In this document: positions 13,193-25,214 of the stretch, one piece after another
How the letters are laid out: every line of letters begins with the position of its first letter
How positions within the stretch are numbered: the stretch's first letter is position 1
Source of the DNA: Mobula hypostoma
Taxonomy: Eukaryota
Reading direction: 5' to 3'
Length of the DNA stretch: 64,000 nucleotides
Assembly: GCF_963921235.1 (NCBI RefSeq)
Contig: NC_086097.1
Span: 169,324,001-169,388,000 of the forward strand
Notes under the pieces: generated by a model
What the model was told of the DNA's origin: nothing
Database searches by the model: none
The model's input: the letters and a program-made list of their open reading frames with translations, nothing else
Made by a program: the position numbers and the translations under genes

Positions 13193-14004
13193 AAACATGA
13201 GGAAATCTGCAGATGCTGGAAATTCAAGCAACACACATGAAAAATGCTGGTGAACGCAGCAGGCCAGGCAGCATCTGTAGGAAGAAGTACAGTCAACATT
13301 TCAGGCCAAGACTCTTCGTCAGGACTAACTGAAAGAAGAGATGGTAAGAGATTTGCAAGTGGGAGGGGGAGGGGGCGATCCAAAATGATAGGAGAAGACA
13401 GGAGGGGGAGGGATGGAGCCAAGAGCTGGACAGTTGATTGGTAAAAGGGATCTGAGAGGATCATGGGATGGGAGGCCTAGGGAGAAAGAAAGGGGTGGGG
13501 GGGAGCCCAGAGGATGGGCAAGGCATTACAGTGAGAGGAACAGAGGGAGAAAAAAAGGGAGAGAAAAATAAATAAATAAATAGATAAATAAGGGATAGGG
13601 TGCGAAGGGGAGGTGAGGCATTAATGGAAGTTAGAGAAGTCAATGTTCATGACATCAGGTTGGAGGCTACCCAGACGGAATATAAGGTGTTGTTCCTCCA
13701 ACCTGAGCGTGGCTTCATCTTTACAGTAGAGGAGGCCGTGGATAGACATAGCAGAATGGGATGTGGAATTAGCTCTGTCCGCCAGAGAAAGCAGGATCTC
13801 CCAGTGGCCATACATTTTAATTCCACGTCCCATTCCCATTCTGATATGTCGATAGATCTCCCTCTCCTCCTCCCACTTTCAAATCTCTTTCTATCTCTTC
13901 TTTCAGTTAGTCCTGACAAAGGGTCTCGGCCCAAAACGTTGACTGTACCTCTTCCTATAGATGCTGCCTGGCCTGCTGTGTTCACCAGCATTTTTTATGT
14001 GAGT
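13193..14004. mobile_element. Penelope-like (Neptune-type) insertion, tail-out inverted pair
   Basis: Left arm minus (GIY-YIG C-terminus LRLEEQHLIFRLGSLQPD plus 3' UTR), right arm plus; flanking direct repeat TGCTTATTTAAAATGT at 13177-13192 and 14005-14020. Confidence 0.85.
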
Positions 14005-14131
14005 TGCTTATTTAAAATGTGTTATTTTATTGGCAATTTGAATTGGACCATTTGAAAGGTGGAACACAAGTTGTTTTGCAACACCATTTTTGAAGTAACT
14101 TGTTACATGCTCAAGGAGATCTGTGTTTTTT

Positions 14132-14996
14132 TGTGAGAATGATGTAATGCTCTTTTGGAGGTCACCTGATGTGATTTTCCTGCCAACGTGAGGTCACGTG
14201 ATAACATGTGCACCGTGACTACATAAGGGTCGACCCAGGTGACGCAGGTTTTTTTTTTAGTTTATAGATTTCCAGGTAGAACGTGTTGTATCTCTGTTTC
14301 TGTTCCATGTTTGTTTTTTGGTGACGCAGTTTCATTTTTAAAACGGAGTGTGCATTCTGTTGCAAAATACCATATTACTTGGACTGGAAATTTTTGCTAG
14401 ATGTGTTGATTTACTCAATTCCAACATTAGAAGGGAGAATGAAGAATTTAACGAAGCTACAGGATCGAAGGATCGAGAGGAGTCGGCAGTTTGTCAGTTT
14501 AACAAAGGATCGACCTTATTGAGTCTTCATTGGAGGAGTAGCTACCTGCATCGAGATAACTCTTGCCAAAAAGAGCAAGAAGTTCATGCAAAAAGGTGCT
14601 CTCTCTCTCTCTAAAGGAATTTAAGGTCAGTTGATTTAAACTGTTTATTTTCAGCATCGTGAATCCTGTGGACAGAATCAGCAGTAAAGTTGCGTCTGTG
14701 AAGAAATCCTTCTCCAAAGAAGTCTCTCCCAATTGAACGTGTAAATCTGTTGGACTTTCGAAGTTATCGCTTTAAGAACTATATTTGACTTTATCGCTTT
14801 AAGAACTGTTTTCGCATTTAACGCTTTAAGAACCAGAGCCGAGTGGCGAGTTGGTGAACGGCTGCATATCTGTTAACTTCCGGTTAAAGTTTTCATTTGT
14901 TTTTTTCCCCTTATCGCTTATCTGTGTTTAATAAATGTTTGGTTGTTTTTATATAACCTGTCTTGATTGATATTCATTGTTGCCTTTTACGTAAAA
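14132..14996 (+). mobile_element. Possible solo LTR (about 865 bp)
   Basis: Starts TGTGAG, ends CGTAAAA (degenerate ...TAACA), AATAAA about 65 bp from the end, internal triple repeat ttatcgctttaagaac at about 14764-14833, non-coding; no clear TSD. Confidence 0.4.
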
Positions 14997-15034
14997 AACT
15001 AATGAGAAGTTCTCTATTATACTAATCCTCACCA

Positions 15035-17971
15035 CAAAGAAGAGAAAATCTGCAGAAGCTGTAAATTCAATCAAAACACACAAAATGCTGGGGGAAATCA
15101 GCTGGCCAGGCAGCATCTGTGGAAAAGAGTACAGCTGATGTTTTGGGCCGAGACCCTTAATCAGGATTGAAGAAAAAAAGATGAGAAGTCAGAGTAAGAA
15201 GGTGGGGGGGGAGGAGAAGGAAGAAACACAAGGTGATAAGAGGGGGAAGGGATGAAATAAAGAGCTGGGAAATTGATAGGTAAATGAAATAAAGGACTGG
15301 AAAAGGGGGAATTTGATAGGAGAACAGAGGGCCATGGAAGAAAAGGAAGGGGGTGGCGCACCAGAGGGGGGTGATGGGCAGGTAAGGAGATAAGTTGAGA
15401 CGGGGAAAATAGGAATGGGGAACGGTGGTAGTGGAGTGGGGGGAGTGGGGCATTACCAAAAGTTTGAGGTATCAATGTTCATTCCATCAGGTTGGAGGCT
15501 ACCCAGACGGAATACAAGTTGTTGCTCCTCCAACCCGAGTGCGGCTTCATAGCCTCTCGTGCTGTCATGTTGGAATGGGATTGGGAATGGGAAGTGGAAT
15601 GAACACGAGTGGCCACTGGGAGATGCCGCTTTTGCTGGCAGACGGAGCATAGGTGTTTGGAAAAGCTGTCTCCTAATCTACGTCGGGTCTCTCTGATATA
15701 CAGGAGGCCACACTGGATTCAGTAGATTACCCCAAAAGATTCACAGGTAAAGTGTCGCCTCACCTGGAAGGACTGTTTGGGGCCTTGAATGGTAGTGAGG
15801 GAGGATGTACAGGGGCAGATGTAAGACTTGTTCTGCTTGCAAGGATCAGTGCCAGGTGAGAGATCCGTCGGGAGGGACGAATGGATAAGGGAGTTGCTTA
15901 GGGAGCGATCCCTGTGGAAAGAAGAGAGTTGTGGGGGGGGGGAAGGGAGAAGGAAAGATGTACTTGATGATGAGATCCCATGGGAGACAGTGGAAGTAAT
16001 GGAGAATTACGATCTGGACACAGAAGCCGGTGGGGTAGCAGGTGAAGACGAGAAACCCCGTCCCTGGTGGAATGAGGGCAGACATGTCCAAAATGGAAGA
16101 CATGGGGTTGAGGGCAGCATTAATGGGAGAGGAAGGGAAGCCCCTTTTTTGAAGGACATCTCCTTAGTTCTGGAATGAAAAGCCTCATCCTGAGAGCATA
16201 TGTGCAGAGACGGAGGAATTGAGAGAAAGGGATGGCATTTTTACAAGTAACAGGGTGAGAAGAGGTATATTCCAGGTAGCTATGAGAGTCAGTCGGTTTA
16301 TAATAGACATCAGTAGATAAGATCAGAGATAGAGACAGAGAGATCGAAAAAGGGGTGGGAGGTGTCGAAAATGGGCCAGGTAAATTTGAGGGCAGGGTGG
16401 AAGTTGGAGGCAAAGTTGATGTTGACAAGCTCTGCACAAGTGCAGGAAGCAGCACCAATGCAGTCATCAATTTAATGTAGGAAAAGCTGGGGAGTGATAC
16501 CAGTGTTGGCTTGGAGCATAGACTTTCCACATAGCTAACAAAAAGGCAAACATACAGTAGCAAGGACTGATGTGAGCACCCATGGCTACACCTTGTTGTT
16601 TGAAGGAGGTGGGAGGAGCCAAAGGAGAAATTATTTAGAGTGAGGACAAGTTCCACCAGATGGAGGAGAGTGGTGGTGGAGGATAACTGGTTGGCTCTGG
16701 TGTCCAGAAAGAAACTGAGTTTTGAGGCCATCTTAATGGGGGATGGAGGTGTATAGGGACTAGACATCCGTAGTGAAAATAAGATGATCAGGGCCAGGGA
16801 ACATGAAATAATTAAAAAAGATCAAGAGTGTATTTAAGTGTCATGGATATAGGTAAAAGGTACTGATTGGGGGGGGGAGGGAGGAGGTTGGGGAGTAAAA
16901 CTGAGTCGAGTCAAGGTATGTAGATACAAGTTCAGTGGGGCAGGAAAAAGCAGAAATAATGGGTCTACCAGGACAGGCAGGTTTGCGGATCTTGGGTAGG
17001 AGACAGAAATGGGAGTGGATGGGAGATCCAGAGAGTTAATAAGGTCAGTGAAGGTGTGGGAGACGATGGCCTGGTGCTCCTTAGTGGAGTCCTGTTCAAG
17101 GGGTGGTGTCTGACAGATGTCGCCAGGTCTCAGCAAGGTAGAGGTCAGTCTGCTAGATTATTACAGCATCCCCCTTAACTGCGCGTTTGATGGTGAGGTT
17201 AGGATTAGTGCAGAAAGAATGGAGAATAGTGCATTCGGAAGGAGCACCCTCCCTCCTCTGAGGACAGGATGTTCTGTCCGCAGTAAGGGCCTCACCTTTG
17301 TCCCTCCCGTGCCCACGCCTCAGTGAGTTTCACCCTCGCCATGATGCTGAGCTCTTCCTCCACTGATGTCTCTGAGCCTGCTTCTTTGGCAAGGGCTCTC
17401 CACCTCGCAACGATGACCCCTTCTCCTGTCTTTAACCCTCCTCTTCCTGGACACACCGTTTTGGTCTTCTGCCTGTTCTAGATCTTTTCATTGTTAACTG
17501 CCGACAGGACATCAACCATATCAACTTCACCACTCCTCTCTCCAATTCCAAATGCACTCCTTGTGGATGCACTGTTCTCCACCTCTCCATTTCCTGAACT
17601 TCCGGTTACCACCCTTCTCTTTCACCATTCCTATTTCCTTCTCTCACCTTATCTCCTGACCTACGCACAACCTCCCTCTGGTGCTCCTCTCCTTTTTCTT
17701 TCTTCCATGGCATTCTGTCCTCTCCAAACAGGTTATCCCTCCTCCAGCCCTATATCTCCTTCACCAATCAACTTACAGCTCTTTACTTCACCCCTCCCCC
17801 TCCCAGTTTCACCCATCACCCTGTGTTTCTTCCTCCCCTCCCCCACCTTCTTACCCTGACTCATCTTTTTTTCTCCAGTCCTGCTGAAGGGTCTCGGCCT
17901 GAAACGTCAACCGTACTCTTGTCCATAGATGCCGCCTGGACTGCTGAGTTCCTCCAGCATTTTTGTGTGTT
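15035..17971 (-). mobile_element. Penelope-like (Neptune-type) element: RT plus GIY-YIG on minus, inverted 3' piece on plus (about 17260-17971)
   Basis: [67 protein letters not shown]; degenerate; 3' UTR copies at both ends in opposite orientation. Confidence 0.85.
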
Positions 17972-18021
17972 ACTTTTCCTTATCTTTAGCTACAAGGTAA
18001 TTACACTACCACATCACTCAC

Positions 18022-18200
18022 CAGATGACACAGTAAGAATTAAATGTTCAGGCCGCAATACCCATGACGATTTGGGCTTGGGTGACTGGTTTGGCACTTG
18101 ATTAGAACCATGTAAAAGCAATGGAGAGCCCTGAGGTCCTCTTACTGGAAGAACATCCAGTGATGAATTAGATGGATTTCTTTCCGAACTTCCAAGTACA
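18022..18200 (-). CDS. CEP192: CEP192 exon (179 bp, phase 2-1)
   Basis: AG/GT boundaries; VLGSSERNPSNSSLDVLPVRGPQGSPLL...WVLRPEHLILTVSS. Confidence 0.93.
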
Positions 18201-18426
18201 CTGTAATGAAAATTGCACCAGCATGATTTTCTACTTTTAAGCACTTTCATTAGGATTACAATTAAAACAAACTTTCAAACTTCAATTTAATTCCAAATAA
18301 GCATTTTTTAAAAATTACACACAGCAACAGAATACTGTTTGATCTTAAATAATAGTTCAAAGTAAAGGTAAAATACAAAACCATTAAATAACCCATGTAA
18401 AATAACAACTAAGAAACTTCAAATAC

Positions 18427-18589
18427 CTTTCTGAACCAACACTCATCCCTTGAGAAGATGAAATTGGATCCAAGCCTTCTGAATTATCAGCCTCACGGAA
18501 TGCAGAACTTGCAATTACAGAAAGCATCACCTTTTTCTGATTTCCATAGAAAATATGGACATCATTTGGTCTCTTTGGTATGTCATAGA
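18427..18589 (-). CDS. CEP192: CEP192 exon (163 bp, phase 1-2)
   Basis: AG/GT boundaries; VYDIPKRPNDVHIFYGNQKKVMLSVIASSAFREADNSEGLDPISSSQGMSVGSE. Confidence 0.92.
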
Positions 18590-19284
18590 CTACATAGAAA
18601 AAAATCCCAAACAGTAACTTTAGTATCTCTGTTAGGAGTTATGCACTGTTGTCTAATTACTTTTACTACCTGTGTTACTATTTTGAAAACTCTGACAAAC
18701 AAATTTAACTTTTAAATACAGGGCAACCAGCGTAATAATGAAAATTTGCCTTTGGAGTCTGCTCAACTTTCAAATATAGGAAATGCAATCAGGAGCAGAA
18801 ACCATTTCTAAAATGCCAAAGCCATCCATAATGCTTACGTTAACTAACTGAATAAAGCCCATTTCTTCTTGGTCTACATTGTTCAGGTTCTTGCAACCTT
18901 AGGACAAAATACTGCAAATGTAGTTTGTTTATCAGAAAATTACAGAAGAAACAAAAAAATGGTTTGATTTTCAGACCCCTACTTAACTATGTCTGCGCAT
19001 TAACTCTAATAACAATACCTGGCATAAAACCCATTACTAAATGTTTGACGTCAATTTTTCCATCACAAAAGAGACCATGTCTACTTATTTCCCTACAAGT
19101 TCAAAACAAAGATTATAAGATAAAAGTCATTAATGTATTTCTCAATAGATATTAAGTGGCTGATCAAACAGTTTTGAAAAACTTTGAAACCATTGGGTAG
19201 AAATTTAGCATCCAGCGTCAGTAACTCAAAAACAACCATGAAAACTATGTGACTAATTAATCTGAAAAATAAAAAAATAAATAC

Positions 19285-19394
19285 CTTCTGATACCAATTC
19301 TTCACCAGGAAACTTCTGAGTGAAGTCTATCTTTTGAAGTGGACTGTTCCCACAAATTATCTGCTTAAATGCCTGATGGTTGCGGGCAAGTGCT
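19285..19394 (-). CDS. CEP192: CEP192 exon (110 bp, phase 2-1)
   Basis: tcacag|AGCACTT...TCAGAAG|gtattt; ALARNHQAFKQIICGNSPLQKIDFTQKFPGEELVSE. Confidence 0.88.
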
Positions 19395-19799
19395 CTGTGA
19401 TAAATGTAAAGGTTAGGAGGCAAGAGAGAGGATAAGATTTATTGTATTCACATTTTAGGCACAAAATAATCATTTCTCAAACACAATATTTATATTCAAA
19501 ATGAAATTCTCATTCTTGCCTCTTCAGACGAGTCTCAAGATAGACAACAAGTGAAAGGAATTCCCTTTGCTTTAATAAGCCAAATCAGATTAAAGATATA
19601 CAAATAGAATCAGTTTAGAGTTGCTCTGCCATTGAGTAACATCAAGGCTGATCATATGACTTCAGTCTATTGCACTTCAGTATCTAATGACTAATTCACT
19701 CAGCATCAGTACGATTTTGTCTATAGTCTCCTGAAGCAGAGAAAAAAAATTCACGCGTTTTTTGGTATACACGGGGGGTCCTGGAACCAATAAGGAGTG

Positions 19800-19876
19800 A
19801 TTCTGAAATCCAAAAAATTCTGACTCTGAAATGCAACTGGCCCCAAGGATTTCGGATAAGGGATTGTGGACCTGTA
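19800..19876 (-). mobile_element. One-ended Tigger/pogo-like MITE fragment
   Basis: Minus strand reads TA-CAGGTCCACAATCCCTTATCCGAAATCC, resembling Tigger-family termini; other end not found. Confidence 0.35.
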
Positions 19877-20232
19877 ACAGACTAAGAAAACTGCTATATG
19901 AGGACATTCTTGCCCTCAGCCATTAGGCTTTATAATGAGTTAACCTATAGCCAGCAAAGTGATGATCCTCTCCTGTTAGACTGTTTAAGGTAACTTTAAA
20001 AAAAAATTCTTCTTATTTCTCTTTTAATATTTAATAATTATACAGTATACTTGTAATACTACTGTGACAGTGTAATTTCCTTTGGGATCAATGAAGTATC
20101 TATCTATCTAGTCAGCAGCATATCAAAATGATTAACAAATGAAACTCAGTACCCTGAAGAAATTGCAAAATTACCAGCATTTTGTAGACTCATAAACAAA
20201 AAGGACAAAGAAAAAAAAATCAAATCACGTGC

Positions 20233-20354
20233 CTTCTGAGCTGCTGTCGTGCCACCTCATCTCCACAAAAGAAGCAAATAATGCCAAGTAGTGCTGAATC
20301 ACTTTCCGACTGAATGCAATCTCTTGCAGTGGCTTGGCAGGTTATTGTGATTTC
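20233..20354 (-). CDS. CEP192: CEP192 exon (122 bp, phase 0-2) ending at a GC donor
   Basis: tttcag|GAAATC...CTCAGAAG|gcacgt; EITITCQATARDCIQSESDSALLGIICFFCGDEVARQQLR; phase 2 is required by the next exon. Confidence 0.88.
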
Positions 20355-20370
20355 CTGAAAGGGTAGAGGA

Positions 20371-20631
20371 GTGGGGGGGGGAGAGGGGGGGAGAAGAGGG
20401 GGGGAAGGGGGGGAAGAGGGGGGGGAAGGGGGGGAAGAGGGGGGGGAAGAGGGGGGGAAGAGGGGGGGGAAGAGGGGGGGGAAGAGGGGGGGGAAGAGGG
20501 GGGGGAAGAGGGGGGGAAGAGGGGGGGAAGAGGGGGAAGAGGGGGAAGAGGGGGGAAGGGCGGAAGAGGGAAGGGGGAAGAGGGGAAGGGGAAGGGGGAA
20601 GGGGGAGAGAGAAAGAGAGGGAGAGAGAGAA
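20371..20631 (+). repeat. Polypurine minisatellite (G6-7AAGA)n / (GGGGAA)n / (GA)n
   Basis: About 260 bp almost purely G/A, with an about 11-nt unit; lies about 15 nt upstream of the acceptor of exon 20233-20354. Confidence 0.95.
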
Positions 20632-20877
20632 AGTTTCAGTTAATTGAAACAAATTATCTTCAATCACTGGTCTGAATTGAACAAAGACAAGAAAGCCATT
20701 TAAATTTCAGAAAACATTTTGAAAGCATAGAGTAAAATACAAATACAAATTTCATTCTCATATGTAACATCAGCAGAATATACTTTTCCTTCCCATAACA
20801 GTTCAGTTTTGATATGCAAAACAGCATTTTGTGTTGGAAATGTCACCTTGCATTTTAAATGACCAGCAGTTGATTCA

Positions 20878-22160
20878 GGCTACATCCACAGTAGACCGGA
20901 TAAATCCGTAACCAAAGCCTTTTCTCTTCGTTTTGACCCTCCATCCACACTAAAACAGTGTTTTCCTCCCCTGAAAACAGAGCTTTTCTAAAACGCTCTC
21001 CAGAGAGTTTAAATCTGAAAATGCCAGTTTGGTGGTGTCGTGTGTTTGGGGTAACCGGAGCTTTCTTAAAACGCTGTCATGACGTGCTGGAACAAATGGT
21101 GGCAGCAGCACGGCATTTCATTGTTTTCTTGAACGCAGCCTCCAACACCACAACAACAATATCTGACAAGAGATATGTAACAGCCTAATGTAACATTGTA
21201 CGGAAATACAAGATAACACTGATGCAGAGACATGTTTTATACATTTAATGAAGTGCTTTATTAATATATTGCTTGTGCAAACATTCAATAGATGCAATTG
21301 TCACTCCTTCCAAAATGTCATTTTTAAGTAGTAGCATATGTTTGGCATAGACATGAAAATATTAAGGCCAAAAAAGGAAAATTGTAAGTTTCACTTTCAC
21401 TCAGGTAAAAATAAAAACACTTTTGCCCAGTAACTCGTTTTACTGCAGATGTTAAATACAGCAAAATAATACAGAAAGACATGGCAAAAGTAAAGGCAAA
21501 CAAATGGGGTAAAAGCAAATTTCACTTTTGCCCAGTAACAAGCCTTATCGCATTTAGTTGTAGCTGTCATCCCTTTCATCGGTGAAGAGACTATGGCTGT
21601 TGGAAATGTTTCTAGGGTGACCCCTCTGTGGCAGTGGGGAAGATGTTGGTGGGGCCACCCGGGGGTCTGTGTGTTCATATGTGTAGCTATTGTAGTGGCT
21701 GTGAGGCTGGTATTGTAGCAGTGAAAAGTACTGGGGGTGGGGAGCCATCATATTCCTCATTATTGCAAATCCCTCTGCAACAGAGTTAGTCAGTTTTTCA
21801 ATGTTTGTCGTCAGTCCGGTCATACTGTCCGTGAACTCCCTGTCGGTTGCCTCCATAAGCTCCAGTATTTGTTTTTTCAGTTTGAAGTCCTCCTGCGCGA
21901 GAGCCAACAGCTGTCCGTCGTTTGGCGATTTCCTTTTAAGTTTTTCTAGTCTGTAACTGGACGAACGTGCACCAAGTATACCGTTTCCTCTTTGCTTGTT
22001 TTCTGTAGATGTGTCCTGTGCATGCCCAGTAGGAAGAGATTCACCCAAATACCCGTTTTAATGTAGACAGAGGTATTTCAAAAACGCCTGGTGTGGATGC
22101 CTATCGTTTTTACGCGAAACTGGCGTTTTCAAAATTATCTGGTCTAGTGTGGACGTAGCC
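20878..22160 (-). mobile_element. Non-autonomous PIF/Harbinger transposon (1283 bp) retaining a probable C-terminal part of the Myb/SANT partner ORF
   Basis: TIRs GGCTACRTCCACASTAGACCRGATAA; 3-bp TSD TCA; minus ORF ...KLKRKSPNDGQLLALAQEDFKLKKQILELMEATDREF...; no DDE transposase seen. Confidence 0.82.
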
Positions 22161-23430
22161 TCAGAAAACTTCAACTGACCATATGGGCTCCCTTTCAGCA
22201 AATAGAGGATTCAAGGCTGAAGGTAGAAAACAAGAATTCAAAACTGGAAAACTTTTTTTTTTGCCGGGTGGTGGGGGGGGGGGGGGGAGAGAAGAGATTG
22301 TTCTTAAAATGGAAACAAATTAAGAGTGGTAGTTATCACAATAAGGTGGCTGATCTGAAATCAATGGTACAGCTTAAATTTGTGCTTTTTTAAATGTGGA
22401 AAAAAATTGCACATAAAGCCCCTACAACAGTCAGGTGACCATTTCTGTTGATGATCTATAAACTGATAAAGAAAATGGAAATGAAGATTAGGATAACATG
22501 CTTTACATCTAATACTGGACTGGGCGGGGGGGGGGGGCTCTTATCATCAATGATTCTTATATAAAGCAACTTTTTTTCCAATAACTGAGATCCCATCTAG
22601 TTCAAAGATTGGACCTCAGATAATTCTCAATTTAATAATCTGTATATATTCAGAATATCTGCTTCCATTAAGTCAATAAAAAGGTGTATGATTTAAAATC
22701 TGCAACACAAAAGATAGACACTCCATACCTTTTCTTGTCAAAAAAAAAGAGCCGGCCAGCCTAATCACAGTTCTGCAGTGTGTCAGATTACAATTTTCAA
22801 ATACACATCCATCCATTGCTGAAATATGATGAGCATTCTGCCTCTAACATTTCAGGCAGTGAATTTAAGAACTCTACATTCCTCTGGCTGAAGAAAAAAA
22901 ATCCTCATCCCTTCTAATTCTTCTACCCATTAGTTCAAAACTACAACCCAGATTTTTAATCCTGCTATGGGCCCTCAAAATTAAAAACACGTCATTTATG
23001 TCTCTCTTTACAGACAGCAATTGCTGGAAATCTGAAATAAAACACAAATTGGAAAACACGGTCATCCAATACTGATGAATTCAGTACCAAAGGACTGCAA
23101 TGCACTGACAAAGAAAAGGAACTATTGTTCCTTTAAGCTAGACTTCATTGAAACAGTTTAGGAGATGAAAGAGAGATAACTGAGTGGGGATAGGATGGAG
23201 AAGTGAAAAGCATCAAAAAAAGTCATCCTTGTACAGAGGTTTTCCTCAAAGCAATTACCCAATCTGTATTTGTCTATGAAGATTCTCAGTCATCCAGGTC
23301 ATTGTATATCAAGCAGTAGTAACCCAAGGCAACTGGACTTGCTGTGTTGTCAGGAAGACATTTTGCCACTCATCTCAGAGGCTTCTTCAATTCTAATCCA
23401 TGGTGAGTAGTTTTCCGGCATTTAAACTGA

Positions 23431-24524
23431 GGCTACGTCCACACTACACTGGATAATTTTGAAAACGAAGCTTTTTCTCTTCGTTTTGACTTTCCGTCCA
23501 CTATAAACCAGCATTTTCATCCCCTGAAAACAGAGATTTTCGAAAACAATCTCCAGAGTGTGTAAATTTGAAAACGGTTGTTTCGCGTTGTAGTGTGTAC
23601 GGGGTAAATGGAGAGATTTTAAAATGATAACACCACAACAATGCTTTTTCTGCTTCTGCTTGGGACTGCACAAGCACTGCCAGATGGCTGTTCTTGGTTC
23701 TTGATCCTCCAAAATATTCCACATGGAATTTAAACTGGAGGTGGCTTTCAAGCTGATCCCCTCGGTTTCTCTGTTTGCATCCTCTGTTCTTCTGCCTGTA
23801 CCCTCCGGTCTCCCAGTCTGCGGTGGTTGTACCCTCGATCTCCAGTACCCCCGGGTCTCCAAGCCAGCACTGTCACTGACTGACCACCGCTGTTATAATG
23901 CGCAGTCAGTGTGAACAGCGTGTAAGTTAAATTGTAAAGTGAGCTTTTTTGACTAGATCCCCTAAATTGATTGAGTCTATCTCTAAAACTATTAATGTCA
24001 GAAATACTGTGCAGGTCTGGCGGCAGAAGATTCCACTCACTTGTTAATCTTGGGTAGAGGATGGCTTCTTGCATGTGTTGTTTACTTTACTGTCCACGCT
24101 AAAAGTTTGTTTGGAATTAAACATCTCCACTGCTTTGCTGACTTTGTAGTCATTTGTAACTTGTAGAAATAGCTCGACCTCATTTTCTGTCTAAACGGAG
24201 AAGTCCGGTCTGATTTTTCCAGCGGAGGTTTTCTTTGTATTCCTCGAAGACATTGTTGAAAACTTTCTTTCACTGTTGTTGTTGGTACTCTAGTTTTATT
24301 CTATGGAAATAGCACAATGCCGCCGCAGAAAGGTAAGTATTATACCGTTTCCTCTTCGCTTGTTTTCTGTAGACGTGTCTGCGTATGCCCAGTAGGAGTA
24401 GATTCGCCCAAATATCCGTTTTGGTGTGGACAGAGATACTTTGAAAAGTGCGTAGTGTGGGCGCCTGTCGTTTTTATTCGAAACCAGCGTTTTCAAAATT
24501 ATCTAGCGTAGTGTGGACGTAGCC
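23431..24524 (-). mobile_element. Non-autonomous PIF/Harbinger transposon (1094 bp) retaining the N-terminus of the Myb/SANT-like ORF
   Basis: TIRs GGCTACGTCCACACTAC; TSD TGA; minus frame MSSRNTKKTSAGKIRPDFSV*TENEVELFLQVTNDYKVSKAVEM (about 24253-24122); ends shared with 20878-22160. Confidence 0.82.
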
Positions 24525-24668
24525 TGAGTTGTTCAAAGGTATAGCAATCACATGAGGGTTGTTAAAAGTTGAAGAGGTAATGAGAGGGTTATTAGTCTCA
24601 TCTTTGCATGAATGGAGGTGTGAACTGTTGTGGAGACGCCAGGGTAGAGATGTTAGGACTGCATTGTG

Positions 24669-24789
24669 AACAAAAAAGTACTCTGCAGATGCTGGGGTCA
24701 AAGCAATCCTTCGTTCCAGCCCGAAATGTTGACTGACCATTTCCACAGATGCTGCCCGACCTGCTGAGTTCCTCCAGCGTGTTGTGAGA
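24669..24789. mobile_element. Mini Neptune-type Penelope 3'-end insertion (inverted arrangement)
   Basis: ctgcagatgctgg arm then cccgaaatgttgactg...cagatgctgcccgacctgctgagttcctccagc arm; direct repeat ACTGCATTGT on both sides. Confidence 0.65.
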
Positions 24790-25214
24790 ACTGCATTGTA
24801 AATAGCTGATGTGGTATCGTTCCCCATCCCCTCCGTATATCAGCAAGACAAAACAACCACTTCACAAATGGATGGCCCAACATAGCAAGGCTAACACTTC
24901 AGTTCAAGAATCAACTGTATATTTACACCCAAAAGACAAGGGACACTCCTTAGATGATAACAACGTGCACAATTTGGACAGGGAGGACTAGGCAGGTTGA
25001 AAGGGGGGTTAAAGAAGCCATCTTTATCAAACTGGAAAACCCATCCTTAACAGAGGAGGTGGGGGTATGACACCACCTATCAGCTACTTACAATGCAGTC
25101 TGAACATCTCTACTCTGGTGTCTCCACGACATGCAAAGATAAAACCAATGATCCTCTCACTGACTCTATGACTCTGAACAACTCTCATGTGTTTGCTATA
25201 CCTTTAAACACTAA

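Noticed and set aside
16120..16767. 215-aa ORF as an intact protein
   Set aside because: It drifts in and out of the Penelope RT frame through frameshifts; pseudogenic TE sequence
20299..20667. Pro-rich and Gly/Glu-rich ORFs (122 aa minus, 90 aa plus)
   Set aside because: Translations of the polypurine minisatellite; the real exon here uses a different frame and ends at 20354
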